A DNA stretch of 64,000 nt. It comes from Spirochaetota bacterium. Lineage in GTDB: Bacteria; Spirochaetota; UBA4802; JAFGDQ01. The notes below the pieces were generated by a model. It saw only the letters and a program-made list of their open reading frames with translations, was not told where the DNA came from and did no database searches. Positions 51,903 through 62,576 of the stretch are shown piece by piece (position 1 is the stretch's first letter; each line of letters opens with the position of its first letter). The position numbers and the translations under genes were made by a program. Location of the stretch: NCBI GenBank assembly GCA_043803405.1, contig JAZDKB010000004.1, forward strand, positions 32,001 to 96,000. The letters run 5' to 3'.

Positions 51903-52178
51903 TTATGATTGTAAAATCTTAATTATTTCCTTAACCCGTTTATCTACTACTTCATAGCACGTATTAACCCCGTCTTTTCTGGGTACTATTATACCTCTGT
52001 TTTTTAATACTGCCAGATGCTGTGAAACCGTCGACTGCGGGAGCTTAAGCTTTTCAACCATTTTGTTGACATTGCATTCATATTCGGCCATCAACCCCGT
52101 GATCAGTTTTAATCTTACAGGATGCCCGATGGCTTTTAATATTTCACTGTCTTTGTTAAAATCGATTGGTTTACTCAA
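51903..52178 (-). CDS. ArsR/SmtB family regulator
   Basis: LKAIGHPVRL, PQSTVSQHLAVLK; two Cys (ECNV, TCY); TTG start. Confidence 0.92.
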   Translation of the reverse strand: MSKPIDFNKDSEILKAIGHPVRLKLITGLMAEYECNVNKMVEKLKLPQSTVSQHLAVLKNRGIIVPRKDGVNTCYEVVDKRVKEIIKILQS

Positions 52179-52209
52179 AGCCTGCCCCTTTTTATCATTT
52201 ATATATCTA

Positions 52210-52239
52210 TATATTACAATATTATAATATACTTGTCAA
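52210..52239 (-). promoter_or_regulatory. arsR promoter with palindromic operator
   Basis: TTGACA on the minus strand (52234-52239) next to near-palindrome TATATTACAATATTATAATATA. Confidence 0.5.
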
Positions 52240-52354
52240 GTAAATATTTCGAAAAATACCCAGGAAAGCGCCTCAAAATTACTTTACAAATAAGGGGATA
52301 CTAATAAAAACGTAATCATAAATAAAAAAATACTATTATAGTACAGGGACTTTT

Positions 52355-52783
52355 ATGGAAAACAATATCACAAAAATGATAGTCGAAAGCAAACCTTCCA
52401 GCGTTACTCTTGCGTTCAGGTTGATTTTGGTTTCGATCGCGATCGGAATTATTAACATGATACTGGAATATTTTGAGGGTGGATTGTATTATTATTCAAC
52501 TTCCGGAATTATTGCCACAGCCCTTATTATAATGGGTATCATTCTTTTTCTGGCTTTTCAAATACAGAGAGGAAAAAACTGGGCGAGGATAATATTCTTT
52601 ATTGTTGTTTCCATTGGTATTGTTTTCTCAGTGCCTCAGTATATGAGCACTTTCAGCAGGAACTTTCACATCTGGATAATAAAAATTATTATGGCTTTGA
52701 TTGATATTGCTGTTATTGTTTTGCTCTTTAATAAACAATCCCACGATTGGTTTCTGAAGATAAAGAATTCCATGAAAGGATGA
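52355..52783 (+). CDS. Four-TM membrane protein of unknown function
   Basis: Hydrophobic helices; RGKNWARI and S.DWF motifs. Confidence 0.75.
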   Translation: MENNITKMIVESKPSSVTLAFRLILVSIAIGIINMILEYFEGGLYYYSTSGIIATALIIMGIILFLAFQIQRGKNWARIIFFIVVSIGIVFSVPQYMSTFSRNFHIWIIKIIMALIDIAVIVLLFNKQSHDWFLKIKNSMKG

Positions 52784-52785
52784 TT

Positions 52786-53478
52786 TTATTTATTCTTTTT
52801 TGCGATTAATATTATACCTGTAAAAAACAGTATTACTGCGATTAACAGTTTTGTTATATTGTTTTTGTTAAATGAGATATTTTCTTCATCTATATCTATG
52901 TTAAGCGATCCTGTAAGAATAAATTTGTTTTCTTTTTTATTATGCTGCTGTGCCGATTTATTAAATGCTCTAACCATGTCTTCGGCTTTTAATGTACCGG
53001 TTAATATTTTACCGTCAAATGAAGGGTTAGATGAGAGCTTTTCTATTTCTGCTGAATCTGCGGCATCGAACTTCTCCCATATCCCCCGAATCCCCTGGAT
53101 GCTGGCATACTTCAGGTCAAAATGTTCAGGATTTTTTTCTGTTCTGATAAAGATGCTTTTGTGAGAGCTTCCGTCTCTGAATAGATAATAATATTCCAAA
53201 CCGACTAACTTGTTAAATATCGGTAGATATTTACGACCTTTGCGTAATTCTTTTACAAAGCTTCCGGCAATGTCAATATCGCCTTTTAGCGAAAGGTAGT
53301 CTGACCTGATACTGTTTTTATCTATCATGCTGATAGTTGCGATCTCCGGAATTTTATTTAATTCAAAATAACGAGGCAGATAGTTGTACATGATGATAAC
53401 GGAGCCGGAAACGCATATTATGGCGAAGATAATAATGATTATTCTTCTGAGTTGCTTAGCGAGCGGATTATTGTCCAT
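52786..53478 (-). CDS. Hypothetical membrane-anchored protein
   Basis: N- and C-terminal TM segments flanking a soluble domain. Confidence 0.65.
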   Translation of the reverse strand: MDNNPLAKQLRRIIIIIFAIICVSGSVIIMYNYLPRYFELNKIPEIATISMIDKNSIRSDYLSLKGDIDIAGSFVKELRKGRKYLPIFNKLVGLEYYYLFRDGSSHKSIFIRTEKNPEHFDLKYASIQGIRGIWEKFDAADSAEIEKLSSNPSFDGKILTGTLKAEDMVRAFNKSAQQHNKKENKFILTGSLNIDIDEENISFNKNNITKLLIAVILFFTGIILIAKKNK

Positions 53479-53659
53479 TTTATTTATGATTCAAAAAACG
53501 ATTGATATATATAATATAGTGTACTTGCTATTTTTAAGATGAGTTCAAATTTTTTCCACATTTTTTTAAAAAGACTGCGATAAAATAAATTGACTTTTTT
53601 TAAAGTATCTAACCTGATTTTCGGCATTAACAAATAAAAACGATATATTCCACGGAAAA

Positions 53660-54847
53660 ATGATCCCCCAGAATATTGAACGTCGCATTCGTCAGCACAT
53701 ACAGGCAGGGAAGCATATTTTTTTTGCTATTGTTCAGCCTGGTTTTGAAGAGACAGCTTTGCAGGAAATTTTGTGCAAAGACGTTCAGCTTTCGGATATT
53801 AAAATCACAGAAGGCGGGATAGAATTCAGCGCCGGCATTAAAGATATATGGGAATTAAATTTTACATCCGGGTGTCTTACGCGGATATTGATGAGGATCG
53901 GAGTTTTTAAAGCTTTATATTTTGAAAAGTTTCGTGAAAAGATTGAATCAGTGCCATGGGAACTTTATTTAAAGCCTGAACAAACACCGGGCTTTAGTAT
54001 TAAATGCAGGCATTCGAGGCTTTATCATACCGGGCGCATTGAAGAGGAATGCGGAAAAGGCATACTGTCACGCATGGAAAAAGTATATCCGGCAACGGCA
54101 CGAGAAGAGTCATCCGAAGTAAATAGGCCGACTGTGTATGTACGCTTCGAAGACGACATCTGCACTGTAAGCATCGATACGACTGGGGAGCCTTTATATC
54201 GAAGAGGCTTTCGCACCCACATAGCAAAAGCTCCCATGAGGGAGACACTTGCTTCGTGTATTTTGCGCGAGGCTGGCGTTGAAAAGTTCGATGCTCTTCT
54301 GGATCCGATGTGCGGTTCCGGAGTTATACCTCTCGAAGGCGCGCTTATCTCAAGGGGCATCCCTGCCGGAATGTGCCGTTATTTTGCATTCGAGGACTGG
54401 CCCGGGCATCGCGAAAAAGCCTTTAATTATCTGAAAAAGAAAATTATTAAGAAAAGCAAATCAGGGTCTACAGGGTTTGCTGTTTATGCTTCCGATATTG
54501 ATGAGAAAGCAGTAGAGACGGCGCGTTATAATTTCGGGACTTCGGGCATTGCGGGGGATGTCGAAATATCCTGCTCCGATTTTTTTTCTCTTAAGCGCAA
54601 AGACTTTCCGGAGGAGAAGCTGCTGATTGCATTCAATCCGCCTTACGGCGAAAGGATCGGCCTGAAGGATGTAACGCAATTATACAGACAGATAGGAATT
54701 AAACTACGCAGTGGTTTTTCAGGATCGGTCTGTGCCGTTATTGTCCCAGGTATCAAAGCGGAAAAAGCGCTGGGGATATCTCCTATAAAAAGAATTCAGT
54801 TCATCAACGGCGGTATCCGGGTTGCGCTGGTTATCGGATTATGTTAA
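53660..54847 (+). CDS. THUMP-domain RNA methyltransferase (RlmL-like)
   Basis: DTTGEPLYRRG.R, APMRETLA, DPMCGSG, NPPYGER. Confidence 0.9.
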   Translation: MIPQNIERRIRQHIQAGKHIFFAIVQPGFEETALQEILCKDVQLSDIKITEGGIEFSAGIKDIWELNFTSGCLTRILMRIGVFKALYFEKFREKIESVPWELYLKPEQTPGFSIKCRHSRLYHTGRIEEECGKGILSRMEKVYPATAREESSEVNRPTVYVRFEDDICTVSIDTTGEPLYRRGFRTHIAKAPMRETLASCILREAGVEKFDALLDPMCGSGVIPLEGALISRGIPAGMCRYFAFEDWPGHREKAFNYLKKKIIKKSKSGSTGFAVYASDIDEKAVETARYNFGTSGIAGDVEISCSDFFSLKRKDFPEEKLLIAFNPPYGERIGLKDVTQLYRQIGIKLRSGFSGSVCAVIVPGIKAEKALGISPIKRIQFINGGIRVALVIGLC

Positions 54848-54912
54848 TCCTGTCTTTCGGTATACCTGAACTGCATATCCGCTTTTTTTAAAGCTGAAAT
54901 TACAGGCTGCCT

Positions 54913-56421
54913 TTATAGGCTGTTGCAGCAAAAGATGTCTATTGTTTTACCATCTGTGGTAACCAGAGCATCATCATTTTGAACCGTAAGACGCTTTCCA
55001 GTTTTCCAGTGTTTTAACCCTCCGCTTATCATGTTAATAGCGCGCCTGGGAATTATAGACTCATTTAGTTTTAAACGAATCGGATCCGGCATAGCCGAAT
55101 ATCCGTTGTTGATGACCACAAGGGCAACGTCGTCCGTTGCAATCCGCAAAAACGCGTATACCAGATCGTCCGACCACAGCGTTATGGTTGTGCCGTATTT
55201 AAGAGCCGCGTTTTCCCTGCGTAACCGTATCAGATCGCGTGTCCATATATATATTTCGTGTTCCTTGCGGTATCGCTCTTCCGGGTGGTTGTTGCTGCCG
55301 ATCACATGCCACGGAAAATCGCGGCGCAGATCGCGGTCATCTCCGGTCTTCCATCCTTCAAGCCCCAGCTCGGTGCCGTAGTATATCTGCGGGATCCCGC
55401 GCATTGTGAAAAGGGCGCTCAGACACAGCTTTGTTACACGTATTGCCCAGTCAAGGCCTGCTCCGTCGCCAGTATGCTTTGTCCTTGCATGGCTCATGAT
55501 CCGCCGTTCCAGGTCGTGGTTATCCAGAAGAGTAACCAGCCTGTTCGCATTGCGGTAGCCTCCCCTGACAGGGTTGTCATTATCGAGCACGCCTAGCGGC
55601 TCATTGTCGTTCAGCCGCGGACGCGCAAGCCAGTAGCACAGGCTGTCATCGTAAATTAAAGTTGAGCGCAGGGCAGTGCATAACGGGAAATCGAAGATTG
55701 AATCGAAATCATGGTAATTCTGGTACTGGAGCAGCTTTTCGACTTCGTCCTTGCCTTCAAACAGCACCTCCCCGATAAGACAGAGTTCAGGATATTCGCC
55801 GCGGAGCTGGGATTTGAAATAATGCCAGAATTTCGGTTCTACGTGCTTCACGGTATCCATACGGATATTGGTGACCTTGCCTTTATTTATCCAGTCCTGG
55901 ATGTTGTTTATAAAGTAGTCGAGTACCTGGGGATTGTCATGATCAAAGTCGGGCAGGCCGGCAAGCTCCCCTTTAATGTCGCCGGTACCGCCGGTGTTGA
56001 ACCATGAAGGATCAAAGTTCACCTGCGCTCCATATCCAGCATGATTCACAACCATATCGAGTACAACCTTTATGTCTCTTGATTCACATATCTCGACGAA
56101 TTTTCCGAGTGTGCTCATGTCTGCTGACCTGGGTAAATACGTGCCGTCGAGCAGCCTCGCGTCGAGTCGCTCAAAATTTTGCGGCCAGTAATAGTGGTAG
56201 GGGTCAAAAGCGCCGGACTTGGGGATATTCTCATAAACGGGGGTTATCCATACTGTTGTTACGCCCAGCTCGATTAGATAGTTGAGTTTGTCAACAATTC
56301 CGTCGAGCGTCCCTCCGTGAATGCTTGTGTCCGATGGATCTGCGTTTTGCTTATTTCTGCCGAAGAAGCGATCCGTTACAATGAAGTAGATAATGTCATC
56401 CTGAGTAACATGTTTTATCAT
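54913..56421 (-). CDS. Cytoplasmic alpha-amylase family (GH13) glycoside hydrolase
   Basis: DMVVNH, RMDTVKH, GEV, LDNHD, GIPQIYYGTE; no signal peptide. Confidence 0.92.
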   Translation of the reverse strand: MIKHVTQDDIIYFIVTDRFFGRNKQNADPSDTSIHGGTLDGIVDKLNYLIELGVTTVWITPVYENIPKSGAFDPYHYYWPQNFERLDARLLDGTYLPRSADMSTLGKFVEICESRDIKVVLDMVVNHAGYGAQVNFDPSWFNTGGTGDIKGELAGLPDFDHDNPQVLDYFINNIQDWINKGKVTNIRMDTVKHVEPKFWHYFKSQLRGEYPELCLIGEVLFEGKDEVEKLLQYQNYHDFDSIFDFPLCTALRSTLIYDDSLCYWLARPRLNDNEPLGVLDNDNPVRGGYRNANRLVTLLDNHDLERRIMSHARTKHTGDGAGLDWAIRVTKLCLSALFTMRGIPQIYYGTELGLEGWKTGDDRDLRRDFPWHVIGSNNHPEERYRKEHEIYIWTRDLIRLRRENAALKYGTTITLWSDDLVYAFLRIATDDVALVVINNGYSAMPDPIRLKLNESIIPRRAINMISGGLKHWKTGKRLTVQNDDALVTTDGKTIDIFCCNSL

Positions 56422-56527
56422 ATTTCCCCCTTAACAATGTTTAATACCGACAAAGTATTGAACAATGATATGGGTGAAATAGCCGGCATTGTCGTATTTA
56501 TATCATTGCTTAAAGCAATTGTCAATA

Positions 56528-57319
56528 CTACGCAAATCCTTCGCAAAAGGAATCCATATTTAAACCGATTGATGCATGGTCGTACCCTCCCTCGAGGATC
56601 GCATATCTTCGTCCGTTGCAAAGCTTTTCCGAGTATTCCTTCATCAGCCGCCCGAGCTCGGTGTAATCCTCGGGATAAAGAAGAGCGCCCCAGTCGTAAA
56701 TGCCCTGATCGAATCCTGCCGATGCTGCGAAAATATCGACATCCTTTAAATCTTTCATGTAGTCTTCGACTTCACGGATATAATTGCGCCTTGTTGACGA
56801 TGCGGGATTGAGTATATAGACAGTGAGGCCGTCAGTCCGATCGTCCAGAATATTTATATTCCCGTCCCCGGTATGAAGATCAAAATCGAGCACAAAGGCT
56901 TTTTTAATTTTTTTCTCAGCATACAGTTTCAGGAGGCTTATGGACATGTTATTGAAGTAACAGAAACCCCAGCACGAATCACCCGAAGCGTGATGCCCCG
57001 GAGGCCGAATCACTGCGAATGCAGGCTCGCCGTTGCAGGCTGTTTCAGCTGCCATGATGGCTCCCCCTGCTGCCAGAGCCGACAGCTCGTACAGAAGGGT
57101 ATCCTGTTTTATATAATCATAGTGGGTCCTGCCGTGCGCTCTTAAAATATCTGCCTCGCTTGCAGGGACAGGCGTAATAATATCATATTTTTCGGGCTTT
57201 TCTTTTATTATCTTCATTATCCCGTCAAGACGGCCTTCACGGGATGCCGGGTCCATAGAGTAACTTGAATTATAGTAACGCTCATGGAAAACGATTTTCA
57301 TGCTCATATTTTCCTCCAC
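56528..57319 (-). CDS. Histone deacetylase-family amidohydrolase
   Basis: RPPGHHA, GFCYFNN, DFDLHTGDG, AGFD, EGGY. Confidence 0.9.
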   Translation of the reverse strand: MEENMSMKIVFHERYYNSSYSMDPASREGRLDGIMKIIKEKPEKYDIITPVPASEADILRAHGRTHYDYIKQDTLLYELSALAAGGAIMAAETACNGEPAFAVIRPPGHHASGDSCWGFCYFNNMSISLLKLYAEKKIKKAFVLDFDLHTGDGNINILDDRTDGLTVYILNPASSTRRNYIREVEDYMKDLKDVDIFAASAGFDQGIYDWGALLYPEDYTELGRLMKEYSEKLCNGRRYAILEGGYDHASIGLNMDSFCEGFA

Positions 57320-57446
57320 CAGATAAATCTTATAATTATTATCATATTATTAATATGGATAGAATCAAGTATAAAAAATGAATTTTCGTATGGGAAGATC
57401 CTGGGAGATGTTTGCATTTAATGATACATTGAGGCAGAACCTCTAT

Positions 57447-57478
57447 GGCAAATTGCCTGCTTTGTATGGCAATTTGCC
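57447..57478. terminator. Hairpin downstream of pgk
   Basis: ggcaaattgcc-N10-ggcaatttgcc; no clear U tract. Confidence 0.4.
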
Positions 57479-57495
57479 GGTATAGAACCGAAATA

Positions 57496-58668
57496 TTATT
57501 TGTCCAGCGCAGCAACTCCGGGAAGCGTTTTGCCTTCGAGAAGTTCGAGGAACGCTCCGCCGCCAGTTGAGATGTACGACATCTTGTCCGCTAAGCCGTT
57601 GTCGTTTACAGCTGTTACGCTGTCGCCGCCGCCCACTACGCTAACCGGGCACATCGCGATCGCTTTGCCGATATCGATAGTGCCTTTAGCGAAATTTGGC
57701 ATCTCGAAAGCGCCCATTGGGCCGTTCCACACAACTGTCTTTGCGTTTTTAATAACTTTGCCGAATGCTTCGATCGTTTTCGGTCCTATGTCGAGGCCCA
57801 TCATGTTATCCGGGATCTTATCAATGCTTACGCTGCTTGCGGGCGAATCATTTTTAAACTCGGAAGCTATTACAGTATCAACAGGCAGCAGTATTTTATC
57901 TTTCCCCAGATCAAGAATTTCTTTTGCAGTGTTAACCAGGTTATTTTCCAGCAGTGATTTACCCACATTATATCCTTTGGCTTTTAAAAAAGTATATGCC
58001 ATTCCGCCGCCTATGATTAAGTAATCAACTTTGTTAATTAAATTTTTCAGCACTTCGAGCTTGGTAGATATCTTTGCGCCGCCTATGACCGCTACAAGAG
58101 GACGCTGAGGATTAGCAGTGATCTTTTTAAAATACTCGATCTCGTCTTTAAGAAGGAAGCCTGCGCCGCACTCTTTTACAAACTTCGTGATCGCTTCATT
58201 GGAAGCATGTCCCCTGTGGGCTGTTGCGAACGCGTCGTCAATGTACACATCGCCGAGGCTCGCAAGTTTTTTACCGAATTCCTTATCGTTCTTTTCTTCT
58301 TCGGGATAGAACCTGATATTCTCCAGAAGGGCAACGTCGCCTCCCTTCAGTTTGTCGACTGCCGCTTTTGCCTTGTCGCCTATCGGTTCCTCAATAAATT
58401 TGACTTCCTTTCCCAGCACTTCAGAAAGGCGCTTTGCAACAGGTTTAAGGCTCATCTTCGGCACAACCTTTCCATCCGGCCGCCCAAGATGCGAAATAAG
58501 AATAACCTTTGCGTTATTATCCATGCAGTATTTCAGTGTAGGCAGTGTAGCAGTGATCCGCGTATCATCTGTAATTTTCATTTCCTTATCATAAGGAACA
58601 TTATAATCCACCCTGATGACTACGCTTTTATTTTTTAAGTTAATTTGATCGATATACTTGATCGCCAT
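57496..58668 (-). CDS. pgk: Phosphoglycerate kinase
   Basis: RVDYNVP, SHLGRP, LLENIRF, WNGPMG.FE, ISTGGGA. Confidence 0.97.
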   Translation of the reverse strand: MAIKYIDQINLKNKSVVIRVDYNVPYDKEMKITDDTRITATLPTLKYCMDNNAKVILISHLGRPDGKVVPKMSLKPVAKRLSEVLGKEVKFIEEPIGDKAKAAVDKLKGGDVALLENIRFYPEEEKNDKEFGKKLASLGDVYIDDAFATAHRGHASNEAITKFVKECGAGFLLKDEIEYFKKITANPQRPLVAVIGGAKISTKLEVLKNLINKVDYLIIGGGMAYTFLKAKGYNVGKSLLENNLVNTAKEILDLGKDKILLPVDTVIASEFKNDSPASSVSIDKIPDNMMGLDIGPKTIEAFGKVIKNAKTVVWNGPMGAFEMPNFAKGTIDIGKAIAMCPVSVVGGGDSVTAVNDNGLADKMSYISTGGGAFLELLEGKTLPGVAALDK

Positions 58669-58737
58669 ATTTATCTCCTGTTAAAATAATATTTATTGTG
58701 AATTAAAAAATATATTGTAAGATATTTAATCGTTCGC

Positions 58738-59619
58738 TTATTGCAAATCCTGCTTCAGTTTACGCTTTGTTATTATCTTCGATATGATTATCGAGATCTC
58801 ATATAAAAGCATCACAGGCACAGCAACCAGGGTCTGGCTGAGTATGTCGGGCCCCGGGGTCAGCAGCGCCGCGAATATCCATATCAGCACAATCGCGTAT
58901 TTTCTTTTCGAGATCAAAACAGCCGGGCTAATGATGCCGATCTTTGTAAGAATCATGATCAGCACAGGCAGTTCGCACATTAGCCCCATCGCAAAACAGA
59001 AAAGCATAACAAAGCTTAAATATTTGCTCGCTCCAATTATACTATTCATATTGTCGGGTGTAAAGCTTAAAAGCATTGGTATCGCTATAGGCAGCAGAAA
59101 AAAATATGTGAGTACAATGCCGGTGTACATTAAAAATACAGCGGCAATAACCGAAAAGCCGATAAACCTTCTATCGTTCCTGCTGATTGCAGGTACAATA
59201 TATTTCCATATTTCGTAAACAATTACAGGCAAGCATGTAAATATACCTGCAATAAGCGCGGCCTTAGCCCTGATGACGAATCCTTCACTTAAATTAAATA
59301 AGCTTAATTTTAGGCCTGTTTTTAAAAACGGTTTATTGATAATATTTATTATATAATCAGATAGAAAGAAAAAGCTGGCAAGGGTGACTATTGTAATGCT
59401 GGTAAGTGATACTATCAGTCTGGAGCGCATCTCGTTTAAATGGCCCACCAGAGTCATAGGCAGGTCGTTGCGGTCAGCCGCGTTCTCATCTGTTTCGTTA
59501 TACGGCGAAAGCGCGTCGCCGGATGATTTGCTGTTTTTGCTTTTAGATTTTTTTAGATATGGATCCTTATGCTTTTCGCTTTTGCCGGATTTTTGCGGGA
59601 TGTTCTTTTTTGCTGTCAC
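58738..59619 (-). CDS. tatC: Twin-arginine translocase subunit TatC
   Basis: MTLVGHLNEMRSRL, six TM, ELP, LTPGPD..SQ, LLYE; GTG start with charged N-terminal extension. Confidence 0.93.
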   Translation of the reverse strand: MTAKKNIPQKSGKSEKHKDPYLKKSKSKNSKSSGDALSPYNETDENAADRNDLPMTLVGHLNEMRSRLIVSLTSITIVTLASFFFLSDYIINIINKPFLKTGLKLSLFNLSEGFVIRAKAALIAGIFTCLPVIVYEIWKYIVPAISRNDRRFIGFSVIAAVFLMYTGIVLTYFFLLPIAIPMLLSFTPDNMNSIIGASKYLSFVMLFCFAMGLMCELPVLIMILTKIGIISPAVLISKRKYAIVLIWIFAALLTPGPDILSQTLVAVPVMLLYEISIIISKIITKRKLKQDLQ

Positions 59620-59772
59620 CTGGAGTTTTCTCCGAAAAAAGAAATTAAAATAAGGATAAGTTGTATTTAATACATCAACCCCTTTAGAGGGACTGGGCTG
59701 CCTAACGTTAAATATCTGTTATTATTATTTGCTTTTGGCAATCATACTTGTATACCATCGCAATTGCCCTTT

Positions 59773-59965
59773 CAGCCCCCTAACCCCCGAAGGGGGCAGG
59801 ATCGGGAAAAATATTTATATTATAACTTATATCTTTAACCAGATATATTATATTATCTGATATTTTTACTCTTTATTCGTTGATTTAAACCTTTTAAATA
59901 CTAAAGATAAATAATATCGATTCAACACATTCCCAATCATGCCCCCTTCGGGGGTTAGGGGGCTG
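59773..59965. repeat. MITE/REP-like element with 36-bp inverted arms
   Basis: cagccccctaacccccgaagggggcaggatcgggaa / ttcccaatcatgcccccttcgggggttagggggctg (34/36), 121-bp AT-rich spacer. Confidence 0.8.
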
Positions 59966-60042
59966 GGAACATATGTTTAAACTGGCACATAGGTTACAAT
60001 TTAAACTAAGCGCATAGTTTGCACTTTTATTTATTTTACGAA

Positions 60043-61461
60043 TCAATATCTGTATAAATCAGACTTAAACGGGCCGTTTATCGGGATACCGAGATAATCG
60101 GACTGCTCTTTTGTCAGCTTTGAAACTGTAGCTCCAAGCCTTTCCAGATGAAGCCTTGCGACTTCCTCGTCAAGCTCTTTCGGCAAAGTATAAACTTTCT
60201 TCTCCAGCTTTTCTTTCGCGAGCTTCATTTGAGCTAAACACTGATTCGTAAAGCTGGTGCTCATTACAAAGCTGGGATGACCTGTTGCGCATCCAAGATT
60301 GACAAGTCTTCCTTCAGCAAGGACAATAATGGAACGCCCGGATTTTAAAGTCCATTTATCAACCTGCGGCTTAATATTTTCCTTTTTGCAATCCTTGCTA
60401 TTCTCCAGATACGACATTTCAATTTCATCATCAAAGTGGCCTATGTTGCAGACAATTGCTTCATCTTTCATCTTTTCCATGTGCTCGCCTGTAATTACCC
60501 TGCAGCACCCGGTAGCTGTAACAAAAATATCCCCTATGGAAGCCGCCTTATCCAAAGAAGTAATCTCGAATCCTGCCATCAATGCCTGCAATGTGCAGAT
60601 AGGATCGATCTCTGTAATAAGCACGCGCGCGCCGAAGCCTCTCATTGACTGAGCGCATCCTTTGCCCACATCGCCGTACCCGCAGATCACGATTACTTTA
60701 CCTGCAATCATGATGTCCGTAGCGCGTTTGATGCCGTCTGCGAGCGATTCCCTGCAGCCGTACAGGTTATCGAACTTCGACTTGGTTACCGAGTCGTTTA
60801 CGTTTATTGCAGGGAAAAGCAGTTCGCCTCTTTCCATCAGCTGATATAATCTGTGTACGCCTGTTGTAGTTTCTTCGGAAACCCCGCGTACTTTTGCAGC
60901 TATTTTTGTCCATTTTTTCGGGTCATTTTTAAAGCCATCTTTTAGCCTGTCAATTATTAGCTGGAATTCCTTGTTGGAATATTTCTTTTCCAGAAGTGAA
61001 GGATCTTTCTCGGCTTTAACGCCTTCGTGAATCATCAGCGTTGCGTCCCCGCCGTCGTCTACAAGCAGGTCGGGACCTGATCCGTCGGGCCATGTAAGCG
61101 CCTGCTCTGTGCACCACCAGTATTCTTCAAGTGTCTCGGCCTTCCACGCGAAGACGGCAGCGCTGCCTGCTTTTGCAATCGCAGCAGCAGCATTGTCCTG
61201 CGTAGAGTAAATATTGCACGACGCCCATCTCACGTCCGCGCCAAGCGCTGTAAGCGTTTCAATCAGCATGGCGGTCTGTATGGTCATGTGCAGGCTTCCC
61301 ATTACCTTCATGCCTTTAAGGGGCTTTTCCGGGCCGTATTTTTTTCTGATTGCCATAAGGCCGGGCATCTCGTTTTCCGAAAGCTGCATTTCTTTTCTGC
61401 CCCAGTCAGCATGAGACATATCAGCCACCTTATATTTTAAGGTCTTGTCTAACTTAATCAT
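60043..61461 (-). CDS. ahcY: Adenosylhomocysteinase
   Basis: [48 protein letters not shown] before ATG 61461. Confidence 0.97.
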   Translation of the reverse strand: MIKLDKTLKYKVADMSHADWGRKEMQLSENEMPGLMAIRKKYGPEKPLKGMKVMGSLHMTIQTAMLIETLTALGADVRWASCNIYSTQDNAAAAIAKAGSAAVFAWKAETLEEYWWCTEQALTWPDGSGPDLLVDDGGDATLMIHEGVKAEKDPSLLEKKYSNKEFQLIIDRLKDGFKNDPKKWTKIAAKVRGVSEETTTGVHRLYQLMERGELLFPAINVNDSVTKSKFDNLYGCRESLADGIKRATDIMIAGKVIVICGYGDVGKGCAQSMRGFGARVLITEIDPICTLQALMAGFEITSLDKAASIGDIFVTATGCCRVITGEHMEKMKDEAIVCNIGHFDDEIEMSYLENSKDCKKENIKPQVDKWTLKSGRSIIVLAEGRLVNLGCATGHPSFVMSTSFTNQCLAQMKLAKEKLEKKVYTLPKELDEEVARLHLERLGATVSKLTKEQSDYLGIPINGPFKSDLYRY

Positions 61462-61489
61462 TTTTTTCTCCTGATTTATTTTCACTTAA

Positions 61490-61546
61490 GATTTGTCCCA
61501 AAACTTATAACCCGATATGGCTATATATTGGTTTATGGGCATACCT
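61490..61546. repeat. Decayed copy of the 20830-20905 element
   Basis: taagatttgtcccaaaacttata vs taagagtgcgtcccaaaacttata; degenerate right arm ggtttatgggcatac. Confidence 0.55.
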
Positions 61547-61661
61547 TTCAAATGTGTTTCAATATTATTTCTCCCGGTTTACAATGCCGGGACTGAATGC
61601 CGGCATACTTTTTCCTTGTTGCCGGCTGCTTTAATTTCAGTTGATTTTTCGATAAATTTGA

Positions 61662-62576
61662 TCATGATTTTATCGCCAGATATAAATTAAGTTTTAAATT
61701 GTTTTGAATTTCAAACTCGGTACTTTCTTTTAAAGAAAACTCAGTATTTATAAGCCAGTTCTCTATTTCATTTTTTTCGAATCCGAGCCACCTGTCGCCG
61801 TATTTTGTACGCATCGTTTCGTTGCTATGCTTCAATAAATCCACAATAACAAATGAACCTTTTTTTCTGAGAACCCTGGATATTTCGTTAATTGCTTCCG
61901 AAGGAGAAGATAAATGATGAAGAACCATATTCGCAACCGCAAAGTCCGCTTCATTATCGCTCAACGGCAAATGTTCCAGGTCGCCAAGCCTGAGGCTAAG
62001 CCTGTCCGCGTCCGCAAAAAGGATTCTTTTAGCCTGTTCAAGCATTTTTGCCGACCGGTCTACGCCTATTACATTTTCTGCATGCTGAAGCAGGGTGGGG
62101 ATCAGATCCCCTGTTCCGCAGCCGACATCAACAGCCAGTTTACAGCTTTTCATGTACTGGGCGATGATTTTATTAATGTCAAAATCGCCTGTAATATTTT
62201 GCTTTAGCTTGCTCCAGTTTCCGGCAACCTTATCAAAGAAACGCGTTGTTTCGCTGGATCTGCTCTCAACGATTTTCCGGCATTTTTCGATATCCGGTTT
62301 TAATTCATTTTCAGGTGTTAACAGATTTTTTATTGATTTAATAAAAGGAAGGCTGTTCCCGTTATTTGCCGCCGAATAAAATATCCATAAACCATCCCGC
62401 CTGTATTTAACCAGCCCGCTATCCAGCAGAATCTTCAAATGCCTGGATATCCTTGGCTGGCTCATATTAAAAACAGATACGATTTCATTAACATTAAGTT
62501 CATAATGAAATAAGATGTTAAATAGTCTTAAGCGGGTATTATCCGATAATGCTTTGAAATAATTATCTAATTCCAT
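61662..62576 (-). CDS. sahR: SahR-type ArsR + SAM-binding methyltransferase-domain regulator
   Basis: N-terminal ArsR (KALSDNTRLR, SQPRISRHLK), C-terminal DVGCGTG and MVLHH; directly upstream of ahcY. Confidence 0.8.
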   Translation of the reverse strand: MELDNYFKALSDNTRLRLFNILFHYELNVNEIVSVFNMSQPRISRHLKILLDSGLVKYRRDGLWIFYSAANNGNSLPFIKSIKNLLTPENELKPDIEKCRKIVESRSSETTRFFDKVAGNWSKLKQNITGDFDINKIIAQYMKSCKLAVDVGCGTGDLIPTLLQHAENVIGVDRSAKMLEQAKRILFADADRLSLRLGDLEHLPLSDNEADFAVANMVLHHLSSPSEAINEISRVLRKKGSFVIVDLLKHSNETMRTKYGDRWLGFEKNEIENWLINTEFSLKESTEFEIQNNLKLNLYLAIKS

